Origin: Macrostomum hystrix
Lineage: Eukaryota > Animalia > Platyhelminthes
Assembly (NCBI GenBank): GCA_950097015.1
Contig: CATNEN010000038.1
Location: 26,164,001 to 26,228,000, forward strand
Reading direction: 5' to 3'
Length of the DNA: 64,000 nt
The notes under the pieces were generated by a model, which saw only the letters and a list, made by a program, of their open reading frames with translations, was not told the DNA's origin and searched no databases. Numbering within the stretch: the stretch's first letter is position 1; every line of letters starts with the position of its first letter. This document shows, piece after piece, positions 24,071 to 37,900 of this stretch. A program made the position numbers and the translations under genes.

Positions 24071-27000
24071 TCATTGATTCGGACTGGCTAGCGGCGATGT
24101 TCTTGACGCTGAGGCGGCTGAAGCTGGCGAAGTCAGGCAGCTGAGGCGAGACCGGTGCCTCTCGCGCAGCCGCTGGGATCTGGCTCGCACTAGAAACGGC
24201 TGCTGATGCTGATGCTGATGCGCCTGCAGCAGCTGCTGCTGGTTTAGGCGACTATTGCGGCGAAGACTAATTCCGCCGGGGCCGTCCGCCGTGTTGCCAG
24301 CCTCGGCCGACTTGCTGGCTATGAGATTCTGCACCGGCAGGGAGAAGGTTAATTAGGGAGCTGGCGGATATGCACTTATTCCGCCCGATACCATTTATAT
24401 TCTCTTCTCTTGCTTTTCTGCCCTCTACTTCTCCATCCGCCCTCTACTTCTGCATCCGCCCTCTACTTCTGCATCAGCCCTCTACTACTCCATCCGCTCT
24501 CTACTTCTGCATCCGCCCTCTACTTCTGCATCCGCCCTCTACTTCTCCATCCGCCCTCTACTTCTGCATCCGCCCTCTACTTCTCCATCCGCTCTCTACT
24601 TTTCCATCCGCCATCTACTTCTCCATCCGCCCTCTCCCTGATCCACACCCGACCTCTCCCTGATCCACATCCGCCCTCCCTCTCCCTGATCCACATCCGC
24701 CCTCCCTCTCCCTGATCCACATCCGCCCTCTCCCTGATCCACACCCGCCCTCTCCCTGATCCACACCCGACCTCTCCTTCTCCATCCGCCCTCTACTTGA
24801 CCATCCGCCCTCTCCCTGATCTCCATCCGCCCTCTACTTGACCATCCGCTCTCTCCTTTTACATCGGCCACCTACTTTACCATCCGCCCTCTCCCTGATC
24901 TACATCCGCCCTCTATCTGATCTCCATCCGCCCTCTCCCTGATCTCCATCCGCCCTCTCCCTGATCTCCATCCGCCCTCTCCCTGATCTCCATCCGCCCT
25001 CTCCCTGATCTCCATCCGCCCTCTCCCTGATCTCCATCCGCCCACTCCCTTATCTCCATGCACCCTCTCCTTCACCATCCGCCCTGTCCTCCCATTAGCG
25101 CCCCCTCTCTTTCCAATTCTTAATCTCGTAACCAGCAAGTCCAGACTAACCTCAAAATAGGCCTTTAATTGTCCAACATCCGCTCGCATTTCGGCCTTCT
25201 GCTCGGGCGTGTACACGCTTCTCTCGGCGCTGACACTGGCGTGCAGCCTGACTAAACTGTTCTCGGCCTCGCGTAGCCGAGCTTCGGCTTGCTGCCTGGC
25301 CCGCTGCTCGGCTGCCAACTCCAGGCTAGCTCTGGCTCGCTGCTCGCTCAGCTGGCGAACCGCGTCGCTGAGCTCCTGGGCCTTAAATCGGTTTTGAGCA
25401 TAGCGGCCAGCTGTTAAATCCCAACAACAGTGAGTCAGCTGTTTGATCCCAAAAACACTGTTCTACTCGTAAGGAGTTTAATCCCAATATTTCCTGACCT
25501 GCTGATCGAAAGCCGCCCGCTCCCCTTCCAAAGCTGAGGCCAAAGCCGCCTTCTCGCGTATTCGCTCTTCCACTTCTTTACGAAGCTGAAGCATTTCATC
25601 AGCAAAAGCTTTGTCGCCTTCCTGCAACATTGCGGAAGTGAAGCCCTAATCGATAAAACAACAGACTTTTTTTAAAGGTAAACTCATGCGCATTAGGATA
25701 ATGAAGCATTGTGAAAGTATAGATAAGAAAAAAGTAAATTTTTCTGGAAAGTACTCTTTTAGCGAGTTTCCAAGCGAGAAGAATTACGTAGAAAGTACAG
25801 TTTTTCTAAGAAACACGCATTTACTAGAATGTAGATCTCTTAAAGATTAGAATTTCTTAGAATGCTAAAATTCCTAGAAACAAAAACTTCCGGGACATAA
25901 CACAAATTCCAAAAAAATTTTATAGTTAAATATTTCGTTCTTTTACTAGGCTGCCAAGCGACGCTGCCACGCTGTCCGCCCTGAGCTTCTCTTCTTCCAG
26001 CAGCTGCTTGGCTCGCCTCTCCAAAGCGGCCTTCTCATCGCGAGTTCGCTCCAGAGTAGTCTGAGCGTCGGACATCTCGACGCGCAGGGCGGCCAGTTCT
26101 GATTCTAATTCGCGCATAGCAACCTCAGCATATTCCTTTTCCTGCTGCAGCTCGGTCTGCTGCGCTTCCAGGCGCTGAGAAAAAAATTTTGAGAAGATTC
26201 CAAGAAATACTACAGTGGCTTTCCCGCAAACATTTTCCTGATAATCTCTTAGTTTTCCAGGCACGAATTCTTAGAAAGTCAATGGTATTCCTGGCCCCTT
26301 CTCCAATAAATTATTTTTTTCTTTTAACTTTCAAGCTTCTGCCGGCACTTATTCCAGGAAATCTCATGGCGCTACGGGCTCTTTTCCAGGAAATCTAATG
26401 GTACTTCAGGCACGTATTCCGGAAAATATATTGGCGCTACGGGCTTTTATTCCAAGAAATCCCATGGCACTACGGGCTCGCATTACAGGAAATCTAATGG
26501 CACTACGGGCTTGCATTCCAGGAAATCTTATGGCACTACGGGCTTGCACTCCAGGAAATCTCATGGCACTACGGGCTTGCATTCCAGGAAATCTCATGGC
26601 ACTACGGGCTTGCATTCTAGGAAATCCCATGGCACTACGAGCTCGTATTCCAGTAAATCTCATGGTACTACGGGCTCGTATTCCAGGAAATCTCATGGTA
26701 CTACGGGCTCGTATTCCAGGAAATCTCATGGTACTACGGGCTCGTATTCCAGGAAATATCATGGCACTCAGGCTCGTATTCTAGGAAAGCTCATGGCACT
26801 ACAGTCACTTTTTGTAGTAAATCTCTTGGAACTACGGGCTCGTATTCCAGGAAATCTTATGATGTGTCAGCTGTTTATTCCCCACATATTCCTGGAAGTT
26901 TCATTGTTTCTATCTCACATGGTTTCCAGGAAAAGCCATTGTTTTCCAGGCATTTTAGGAACGTGTGAGGTATTTCATGACAACTATTAATGAAAAGTAC

Positions 27001-28190
27001 ATAATATTCACAGGCAAGATTTATTTTCAATGGCTTTTAAATTGTTTACTCTCTACTAAGAGTATGTTATTAAAAGTAAACTAAAGAGACATACCATAGC
27101 TTTCTCTTCTTCGCTTTGTCGAAGTTCAACCTCTTCTGCTAGCATTTCTGAAAATAAAATTGCATAACATTGAAAATCCTCTAGAGATAATAATCCTACA
27201 GAAAAAAAATTATTTTATTTTAATCTAGACCAACTTCGATAACGCTCGGATTGAGTAACCTTCTCCATGCCCTGACTCTCCAGTGTGGCGATCAGCTTGT
27301 CAGATATCAGAAAATTTGCGTGCGTTCTGAAAAAAAATTACACCATGTTTGCACATTACACAAATACTACTACTATTTAAACAGTAGTACGAGCGTATTA
27401 ATAAGATGTGTACATCAATTTTTAGAATATATTAGTTTTTACATTCTGGAGGCGTCGCTGAGTGCCGCAAACCAGGCCTGTTGAATAGTTCGATTCTCGC
27501 AGGAGAACAGGAAACGTACCTAATAAATGGCGAGTTTAACAACAACCTAACAAACCCATATTAAACTTATCAAACTAAAAAATCACCTAATATAACCCCA
27601 CTGATAAAGGTCAAATGAAATATCCTTACTGAATCAGGGAAAATCACCTTCAATATTTTATAATTACGAGTTACAAATAGCTAACAACAATGAATAGTAG
27701 TGGCACCATTTTAGTAAACTCACCATTGGTACAAAAATATTGATTTCTATACCATGAGGCACTATTGCATCTGAGATACATGATATTACACAGTCTCCAA
27801 GTGGAATTGCTGCCTAAATAATGAAATAAACGCATTTTTACACTTTATGAGTCTTAATGTTAAAAATAATTTCAACTAATGACAAATAATAAACCAACTT
27901 ACATTTACTTTGACATTGTAAAATGATGACTTCTTAATTCTGGCAGCATCTTCTTCTTTGAAGACTAATAGGAAGCCCTCCTTAATGACACAGAATCTGA
28001 TGGAATTGATAATTAATAATTAACTGTTAATGTGCAATATGATAAAAACTTTATAACTCGAAAACTTTGCATGTGAGGCATACCTTCTTTGCCATTTGTT
28101 GCTAACATTTGAACGCTTTATCAATATGCCATGGTATTGAACGCGACCATCAAGGTTGAAGTCATAATCTGTACCTCTAGGCAGAGACAT
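24071..28190 (-). CDS. PLEKHD1: Pleckstrin homology domain plus coiled-coil protein, PLEKHD1-like
   Basis: Ten exons: 28190-28084, 27996-27903, 27813-27724, 27519-27443, 27326-27235, 27147-27095, 26174-25947, 25621-25499, 25381-25151, 24328-24071. PH domain VQYHGILIKR...KWQRRFCVIKEGFLL...IPLGDC...QAWFAAL; LIATLESQG and EMRADVGQLKAYFE match PLEKHD1 motifs; phases are consistent. Confidence 0.85.
24420..25085. repeat. About 20-23-bp C-rich minisatellite, last intron of the PLEKHD1-like gene
   Basis: CATCCGCCCTCTACTTCT(G/C) and CATCCGCCCTCTCCCTGATCTC units. Confidence 0.9.
26350..26860. repeat. 33-bp minisatellite, PLEKHD1-like intron 6
   Basis: ATTCCAGGAAATCTCATGGCACTACGGGCTCGT. Confidence 0.92.
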
Positions 28191-28341
28191 GGTCTTTCAG
28201 TGTCACTTGGTCTGTAAGGTAATTAGCTGAACATATTAGAAGTGTTTTACATCATGTTTTATAAAATATTCATTTCAAGTCAAATGCTACTACAAGCAAG
28301 GCTCATTAGAAAAAATTAATAGTTCATTTTGATATAGGCCT

Positions 28342-28859
28342 CTATAGTCAGGACCATTGCACTCCTGTGCACAGAACAAATCCCATCATTCAAAAAACTT
28401 TGCTTGTGCCATACTAAGGAACTATTTTTTGTCAAAATACACAACAGGCCTAACATATTTAAATAAAAAATAGTAGCTAAGAGCTAATTAGGGCTAAAAA
28501 AATAATAAATTGTCATACTTGAAAATCATTTCTGATTATCAGTTAAAGCTGAAGTCCAATATTATAAATTATCCATATTTTAGGTTAAAAATTACTAACT
28601 AGGCCTAATCAAAAAATTGAATTTGTTTTGTAGAAATAAAAATATAGCCATATTTTTTTAAATATCTGCTAATACAGAGAAAAATAATTGATTTTACTGT
28701 CTGCTAAATATTGTCTTAGCAAATTTTTGTCCTGTGCCATACTGTGCATGATTACCTTCTTATGTCTGCTGTTGTGCTGAAATGTACAGGCGCTGCACAT
28801 GTTTAACCCCCCTTATATGCCTGAATTTTCCATGAAAAAGGCCATCTTCCTGACTATGG
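28342..28859. mobile_element. About 518-bp non-autonomous DNA transposon (MITE) with 8-bp TSD
   Basis: Termini CTATAGTCAGGA / TCCTGACTATGG; ATAGGCCT at 28334-28341 and 28860-28867. Confidence 0.7.
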
Positions 28860-30889
28860 ATAGGCCTAAGCAGACAAATGAAGTTTTGTTAATAATATAT
28901 CTTATTACATTAACAAAATTTTATGAAAGTCAAAGATGGACACACACCGTGATGCTTTGTTCTAATGGCTTGCAATGACAGATTTCAGAAAGCAAAAAAA
29001 GGATTTAAATATAATTGCAATATCATCAATACAGAATAAAACTACACTTGCTAACCAAGTTACCATTAGGGGCCAAAGCCAAATACAGGACAGTTTTTGT
29101 AATTATTATGCTAGACATAGGGCCTACTGCCAGTAAGTTCAAAACTTGCTAAAAATTGTTATAATTGAGCATGCAAAGTTAGAGGATTGTGGTTATTATT
29201 ATTGTTAGTGCCTGATCTCTATGCCTAAAGGCCTAAGTTAATTTTTATCTGAAATGTCCACAAATTTGTACCTAGCCTTTGACTGTCCCATTTTAGGCAT
29301 AGAAAAGTGATAGAAAAGTCACATCGAAAATAGGCATATAGGCATAGAAAAGTCACAAGGCCTTAGGGTCCATGTTATGACTTAAAGACAAAGGCTACCT
29401 AGTCAAGTCTAGTCCCAGGCCATATATGATCAGCCAGGTTTCCGGTCCTTTTGTCTGCTGCCATGTCATGTTCTTGTCTGCTATTAACTTGTCTTTAAAA
29501 GACAAGTTTACTCTATGGATCAGTCAGAAGGGATAGGTACACGTGGTGCCTGGTTCGTGGTACAAAAAACGGCAATTAGAATAAGCAAAGTGCATAAAAT
29601 TACAAACAAAAAACCGATGGCACCATCTCTGCCCATCTAACACGACTTTTAAACACTCATGCTAAGCGATGGCGTGTGAGCACATTACTTATAATTTATT
29701 TCCTTGAATTATGAAATCTGAACTTCCGTGATATTGCGTCTTCGCAACGGCGTGATATAACGCCTTCACGAATTAGTCCTTTTGCAATACGTATATTGTC
29801 AGTGTGGCTGCGTTTTACCATGTATCACCATTATAATAAGTTATTAAGACAAAAAGGACAAAATAGGCTTGTCTTGTAAAAACGATTAACTTTGTCTTTA
29901 TTCGCATCGAAAATAGTTTTGTGAGTTTCAGGAAGTGAGTTTAAGGAAGTGAGGAACAAAATATTTACGGCGACGCGGCCATGTTACTTTTCAGCAACAA
30001 AATAAAGTTCGTATTGATTCATGAATTCACCCCTTTCACTCCTAATTATTTTAAGTTAATTGGTGTTCTTAAGAAGATTTTTTAGTACTCTTTTTCGCTT
30101 TCTCTATTTCAGTTTTATAGCTTATATGTGGCGGATATTAAATTTAGGATTGTATAAATGCAGCCACAAGGGTAGAAGTTCAACAATCAAGTGCCATGAC
30201 AGTGGCACTTGAATGCGTAAAAGTGTCTAGCATAGAGCTAGATAACATTTTCAGGGGTGGGAAAACTAGCTGCCTCTTAGAGATTTTGGGTCTGCTTTAA
30301 ACTATCCTAAAAATTACTGCTTTCTGCACTGGACCCGCAGCCGTCGTGCAGCTACGATCTAGATAGAACCGCCTCTCCCTATCGTCTCATCTCTCCCCTG
30401 TCTCACCGCTTCCGTCTCATATCTCTCCCCTCTATAAAAGTATTTTAAGCTAAGCTGTTGGGGTAAATCGGCTAAATCGGTAAAATTGTGTAAATCGGCG
30501 AAGACTCGAAACGAAATGAATTGCAGATCGACATGCTCCACGCACACAGTAATAACTTAAGATCATTATTGCAATTACTTTTTATAAAAAGTGCACAATC
30601 TATACACACCTACACGATGCACCGCTATAATTGCTCGTATAGTAGTATATGCGCACATTAAAATCAACACTTGATCAAAACTGTAGACGACTATATTGAT
30701 TAGAATGACGTATGCGACAGAAAGGAGAGCCGATAATCAATTCTAGCTGCCGATTCAGACGCATGTATATACGGGCCTAGGCTAGCTTCCCGCATGATAA
30801 CATGGGCCAGGTGGCTCGGCTCGTGAACGCCTTGCCTTGCACAAGATGAGAGCCGGGACCGCGCTTTACTGTTTGTTTACTATTCAATG

Positions 30890-31742
30890 GTTGCGACCAC
30901 TGCACCCCCTAATCCAAGGTTTGCGACAACCCCTAATCCAAAGTTGCGACCACCCCCTAATCCATGGTTGCGACCACCCCCTAATCCAAGGTTGCGACCA
31001 CCCCCTAATCCAAGGTTGCGACAACCCCTAATCCAAGGTTGCGACCACCCCCTAATCCAAGGTTGCGACAACCCCTAATCCAAGGTTGCGACCACCCCCT
31101 AATCCAAGGTTGCGACAACCCCTAATCCAAGGTTGCGACAACCCCTAATCCAAGGTTGCGACCACCCCCTAATCCAAGGTTGCGACAACCCCTAATCCAA
31201 GGTTGCGACCACCCCCTAATCCAAGGTTGCGACAACCCCTAATCCAAGGTTGCGACCACCCCCTAATCCAAGGTTGCGACAACCCCTAATCCAAGGTTGC
31301 GACAACCCCTAATCCAAGGTAGCGACCACCCCCTAATCCAAGGTTGCGACCACCCCCTAATCCAAGGTTGCGACCACCCCCTAATCCAAGGTTGCGACAA
31401 CCCCTAATCCAAGGTTGCGACCACCCCCTAATCCAAGGTTGCGACAACCCCTAATCCAAGGTTGCGACCACCCCCTAATCCAAGGTTGCGACAACCCCTA
31501 ATCCAAGGTTGCGACAACCCCTAATCCAAGGTTGCGACCACCCCCTAATCCAAGGTTGCGACAACCCCTAATCCAAGGTTGCGACCACCCCCTAATCCAA
31601 GGTTGCGACAACCCCTAATCCAAGGTTGCGACAACCCCTAATCCAAGGTTGCGACCACCCCCTAATCCAAGGTTGCGACAACCCCTAATCCAAGGTTGCG
31701 ACAACCCCTAATCCAAGCTAGGTTGCGACCACCCCCTAATCC
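30890..31742. repeat. 23/24-bp minisatellite (GCGACCACCCCCTAATCCAAGGTT)n
   Basis: Direct inspection. Confidence 0.95.
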
Positions 31743-31917
31743 AGTAGGGGGTCAGGGAGAGGACAGTAGGGGGTCAGGGTGAGGACAGTAGGGGGTCAGG
31801 GAGAGGACAGTAGGGGGTCAGGGAGAGGACAGTAGGGGGTCAAGGTGAGGACAGTAGGGGGTCAGGGACAGGACAGTAGGGGGTCAGGGAGAGGACAGTA
31901 GGGGGTCAAGGAGAGGA
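31742..31917. repeat. 22-bp minisatellite (CAGTAGGGGGTCAGGGAGAGGA)n overlapping the DUF21 gene stop codon
   Basis: About 8 units; the last unit contains TCA at 31906-31908. Confidence 0.92.
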
Positions 31918-34900
31918 GCTGATAGTTTGTCGCATAAGCAGTGGTGTACGCTCCGACTCAAGCACGGTTCTGACTTCCACCTGAATCGTGTCAGCTGACA
32001 TCCGATCCACAGTTAGGCTGTTGGTCTCGCGATTCTGGTAAACTCCATGGCTCGATAATTCTCGTTGACAATTTGACACGGTGATGTGACAGTCATTAGA
32101 GTGGCTTTCGTTCTTGAGCTCCTCTCGAAGATTGTCGGCTTCATCTTGAATAGTGTCAAGCAGCAATTTCTCTAGCACGTTTTCTAGCGTGATGATGCCT
32201 TGGACGACGCTATCTGACGATTTTGGCTGGTTGCTAAGAACAACAGCCATGTGACCTGGCAAAGTTTTTACACGGGCGTATTTTAGTTTCGTTTCGATGG
32301 CATTCTAAAAGTAGACAACTTAATAAATGCGGCGAGTTAGAAATCAGATATGCAGCGCGTGCGATCGACCAGTACCTATAAAAAAAAGAAAATAAATATC
32401 TATTTACCAGTTATATGTTTCGAAAATTATGTATGTGACTTTTCTGTTTTTCAGACTTCGTGTGTTTTAGGGGTTTATCATTATTTTAATAATATCACAT
32501 CAATTTTTGCGCAAATTATTCGCGATTCACATTAACTTTCTGGGTTATTTGTATACTTTCGTGTTTAAAGTTAAATTCGTCGAAAGTTTCCGGTTTTAAT
32601 GGTAACGTTAAATTTCCGGGTTTCTGCAAAAAATTAAAATTAAAAACTTATTTTAGAAACTACTTTGCGTAAGTACACTTTCTGGGTTTTTAACATAGGC
32701 ATTTTACGTAAATTTTCTGAGTTTCGTAGCTTTCGTGCATATTTTCCGGGTTTTCAACTTCAGTTTTTACGGAAAATGTCCTAGTTTTGCCTATCTGAGA
32801 TGTTTCGTTCTTTTTTTCGGGTTTCAGTTGATTTTTTGTAGGTTCCCAGACAAGGAACACTACGAGTTGTCTACTCCTAGTGGCCCTTGTTCCCAGATTC
32901 TAGGCTTACATATATATAATTTTCTGTCATGTTGCATTGCATTTCGCGTATATATCTATATTAAATACGGCACTCAACTCTTTCCCTGCTGAAAGATCTT
33001 CAACAGATCGTAGAGCTGGGCGCTGCTCTGCACAAACGGCATCTGGCGGAAGCAGCGCCGGTCGGTCATGAGTCGCGAAATCGGCGACTCCGACTGTGAA
33101 TCGAACAGCAGCAGCATCTTGACCAGCAAGTGGCCGCGAATGTCGCCTCGGTTGTCGGCGTGATACACAGGCACTCGGGAGTGAGCGCTTTGAAGGATGC
33201 GAAGCCTCGTGTCGGAGTCCAGGATGGCCTTGTCGGAGATCATGAAAACGCTGCCTATTGGGGTGCAGACGTCACCTGCTGTGACACTTGTCAGCTCCAG
33301 GGCGCCCCGGATTATTGTTACCTATGAAATGATTTTGTAAACGCAATTTTTAGATTTCTCCCTGTGTGAGCATCTCTATCCATTCGTTCCTTCTAAATCC
33401 CTATAAATTTATTTTTCATCTAATCCGGTTAACTACCAGATACGGAAATTTGAAATGGGTGTCTTAGACGGATGCTGTGGCATGGTTCCAAAAGCTGCTA
33501 CTGGCCCAGTGTCTAAAGCAGCCTTTATCGTAGCCTCATTCGCTTGAGCATGCTCCATCGGGTTGTCTAAAGTGTTTGCAGTGCTGCTGTGTCATCAAAG
33601 GCGACTGGCGAAAAGCCTCACACCTGTTGAGGAGTGATCAGCTCATCAGTGAGTAGCGAAATGGCTTTAAACCAATTCTCTTGTTTATATAGAAAACCAG
33701 AAATTTTCGTTTTTGCTCGGGCGGAGATCGAAGCACAGTTCTCAACCGAGCTGTAAGTGCACCATTGATCCCTTCAGTGACTGTAGCCTATTCTAGGAAG
33801 TTTATAGGAACTCGACTCTTACCATTTTTAGCAAGGAATGTAGCAAGTCAAATTTTCGAAAGTCTGTATTGTGATCCGGTATTTTTCATTATTTCCGGGC
33901 GTTTATGAAATGTTCAAACTTTTTTCGACACATTTCCGGATTAAAATCCGCGGACACAATACATTGGTGAAGTGCGAAACTTTCCGGGCGAAGACGAAAA
34001 ACTCCGGACGAATTTTCCGACGGGTTAATCCTTATAAATCCCTTCTTTAATCCATCTCAATCCCTTCGTTAATCCATCTCAATCTCTTCGTTTTTCCATC
34101 TCAATCCCTTCATTAATCCATTTAAATCCCTTCATTAATCCATTTCAATACCTTCGTTAATCCATTTCAATACCTTCGTTAATCCATTTCGATCCCTTCG
34201 TTATTCCATCTCAATCCCTTCATTAATCCATTTCTATCCCTTCCTTAATCCATCTCAATCCCTTCGTTAATCCATTTCGATCCCTTCGTTATTCCATCTC
34301 AATCCCTTCATTAATCCATTTCTATCCCTTCCTTAATCCATTTCAATCTCTTCGTTTTTCCATCTCAATCCCTTCATTAATCCATTTCAATCCCTTCGTT
34401 AATCCATTTCAATCCCTTCGTTAATCCATTTCAATCCCTTCGTTATTCCATCGCAATCCCTTCATTAATCCATTTCAATCCCCTCGTTAATCTATCTCAA
34501 TCTCTTCGTTTTTCCATCTCAATCTCTTCATTAATCCATTTCAATACATTCGTTAATCCATTTCAATCCCTTCGTTTTTCCATCTCAATCCCTTCATTAA
34601 TCCATTTCTATCCCTTCGTTAATCCATCTTAATCCCTTCATTAATCCATTTCAATCCCTTCGTTAATCCATTTCAATCCCTTCGTTATTCCATCGCAATC
34701 CCTTCATTAGTCCATTTCAATCCCCTCGTTAATCTATTTCAATCTCTTCGTTTTTCCATCTCAATCTCTTCATTAATCCATTTCAATCCCTTCGTTAATT
34801 CATTCCAATCCCTTCGTTAATCCATCTTAATCCCTTCCTTAATCAATTCCAATCCCTTCGTTAATCCATTTCAATCCCTTCGTTAATCCATTTCTATCCC

Positions 34901-37900
34901 TTCGTTAATCCATTTCAATCCCTTCGTTAATCCATTTCAATCCCTTCGTTAATCCATTTCTATCCCTTCCTTAATCCATCTCAACCTCTTCGTTAATCCA
35001 TTTCAATCCCTTCGTTAATTCATTTCAATACATTCGTTAATCCATCTTTATCCCTTCGTTAATCCATCAGAATCCCTTGTTTAAATCCGTTTTCTCAATC
35101 GCCAATCAAATGGCAATCGAAACCAAAAGCCTGACCTCGTCTCTCGTGAGCACAGACCGTCGATGCTGCTCATTTCCAGGATCTTCGCAGTTGTCTCCAG
35201 CAGCAGCTGACAGCATCGAGCCGGCCCTCGAGCGAGTCCGACCGCCGCCTCGGGCCTGCCTTCGAATCTCCGGCCCGTGGAAGCTCACCAAGGATTTGAG
35301 CTCTTCACGTTTGAACACAGTTTCGTGATCGGCGCCAAGCAGGCAGTCGAGCAACTTGGCGATTGGGTAAGCGATAGGTGACATCACGGCCATGCACACG
35401 TACACAATGCTGCGGGTGAGGATCGAGGCGATCGATTTGAGAAATCAACTGAGCACTTTTTGTGAAAAATTGACTGTCTATTTATGTCACTTTAATATTA
35501 TTTCAGTCATTATAATATTATTTCAGCCACTCTAATCCTATTTCAGTCACCCTAATCTGATTTCAGTCACTACAATCTGATTTCAGTCACTACAATCTGA
35601 TTTCAGTCACTACAATCTGATTTCAGTCACTACAATCTGATTTCAGTCACTACAATCTGATTTCAGTCACTACAATCTGATTTCAGTCACTACAATCTGA
35701 TTTCAGTCACTACAATCTGATTTCAGTCAGTACAATCTTATTTCAGTCAGTACAATCTTATTTCAGTCACCCTAATCTTATTTCAGTCAGTACAGTCTTA
35801 TTTCAGTCAGTACAGTCTTATTTCAGTCAGTACAATCTTATTTCAGTCAGTACAGTCTGATTTCAGTCACTACAATCTTATTTCAGTCAGTACAGTCTTA
35901 TTTCAGTCAGTACAATCTTATTTCAGTCAGTACAATCTTATTTCAGTCAGTACAATCTTATTTCAGTCACCCTAATCTTATTTCAGTCAGTACAGTCTTA
36001 TTTCAGTCAGTACAGTCTTATTTCAGTCAGTACAATCTTATTTCAGTCAGTACAGTCTGATTTCAGTCACTACAATCTTATTTCAGTCAGTACAGTCTTA
36101 TTTCAGTCAGTACAATCTTATTTCGGTCACTACAATCTTATTTCAGTCAGTACAGTCTTATTTCAGTCAGTACAGTCTTATTTCAGTCAGTACAATCTTA
36201 TTTCAGTCAGTACAATCTTTTTCAGTCAGAACAATCTTATTTCAGTCAGTACAGTCTTATTTCAGTCAGTACAGTCTTATTTCAGTCAGAACAGTCTTAT
36301 TTCAGTCAGTACAATCTTATTTCAGTCAGTACAATCTTATTTCAGTCAGTACAGTCTTATTTCAGTCAGTACAATCTTATTTCAGTCAGTACAATCTTAT
36401 TTCAGCCAGTACAGTCTTATTTCAGTCAGTACAATCTTATTTCAGCCAGTACAGTCTTATTTCAGTCAGTACAGTCTTATTTCAGTCAGTACAGTCTTAT
36501 TTCAGTCACTACAATCTTATTTCAGTCAGTACAGTCTTATTTCAGTCAGTACAATCTTATTTCAGTCAGTACAATCTTATTTCAGCCAGTACAGTCTTAT
36601 TTCAGTCAGTACAATCTTATTTCAGCCAGTACAGTCTTATTTCAGTCAGTACAGTCTTATTTCAGTCAGTACAGTCTTATTTCAGTCACTACAATCTTAT
36701 TTCAGTCAGTACAGTCTTATTTCAGTCAGTACAATCTTATTTCAGTCAGTACAATCTTATTTCAGTCAGTACAATCTTTTTCAGTCAGAACAATCTTATT
36801 TCAGTCAGTACAGTCTTATTTCAGTCAGTACAGTCTTATTTCAGTCAGAACAGTCTTATTTCAGTCAGTACAATCTTATTTCAGTCAGTACAATCTTATT
36901 TCAGTCAGTACAGTCTTATTTCAGTCAGTACAGTCTTATTTCAGTCAGTACAATCTTATTTCAGTCAGTACAATCTTATTTCAGCCAGTACAGTCTTATT
37001 TCAGTCAGTACAATCTTATTTCAGCCAGTACAGTCTTATTTCAGTCAGTACAGTCTTATTTCAGTCAGTACAGTCTTATTTCAGTCACTACAATCTTATT
37101 TCAGTCAGTACAGTCTTATTTCAGTCAGTACAATCTTATTTCAGTCAGTACAATCTTATTTCAGCCAGTACAGTCTTATTTCAGTCAGTACAATCTTATT
37201 TCAGCCAGTACAGTCTTATTTCAGTCAGTACAGTCTTATTTCAGTCAGTACAGTCTTATTTCAGTCACTACAATCTTATTTCAGTCAGTACAGTCTTATT
37301 TCAGTCAGTACAGTCTTATTTCAGTCAGTACAATCTTATTTCAGTCAGTACAGTCTGATTTCAGTCACTACAATCTTATTTCAGTCAGTACAGTCTTATT
37401 TCAGTCAGTACAATCTTATTTCAGTCAGTACAATCTTATTTCAGTCAGTACAGTCTTATTTCAGTCAGTACAATCTTATTTCAGTCAGTACAATCTTATT
37501 TCAGCCAGTACAGTCTTATTTCAGTCAGTACAATCTTATTTCAGCCAGTACAGTCTTATTTCAGTCAGTACAGTCTTATTTCAGTCAGTACAGTCTTATT
37601 TCAGTCACTACAATCTTATTTCAGTCAGTACAGTCTTATTTCAGTCAGTACAATCTTATTTCAGTCAGTACAATCTTATTTCAGCCAGTACAGTCTTATT
37701 TCAGTCAGTACAATCTTATTTCAGCCAGTACAGTCTTATTTCAGTCAGTACAGTCTTATTTCAGTCAGTACAGTCTTATTTCAGTCACTACAATCTTATT
37801 TCAGTCAGTACAGTCTTATTTCAGTCAGTACAGTCTTATTTCAGTCAGTACAATCTTATTTCAGTCAGTACAGTCTGATTTCAGTCACTACAATCTTATT

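Noticed and set aside
25382-25412. Alternative acceptor AACAG for PLEKHD1-like exon 9
   Set aside because: Out of frame with the phase-0 upstream donor; TTTAAG at 25383-25382 keeps the frame.
30890-31742. Interstitial telomere
   Set aside because: TTAGGG occurs once per 23/24-bp unit, not as tandem hexamers.
33630-33665. CTGATGAG hammerhead-like motif in DUF21 gene intron 4
   Set aside because: The nearby CGAAA is on the opposite strand; topology is not satisfied. The region may be another old SINE, but support is too weak to call.
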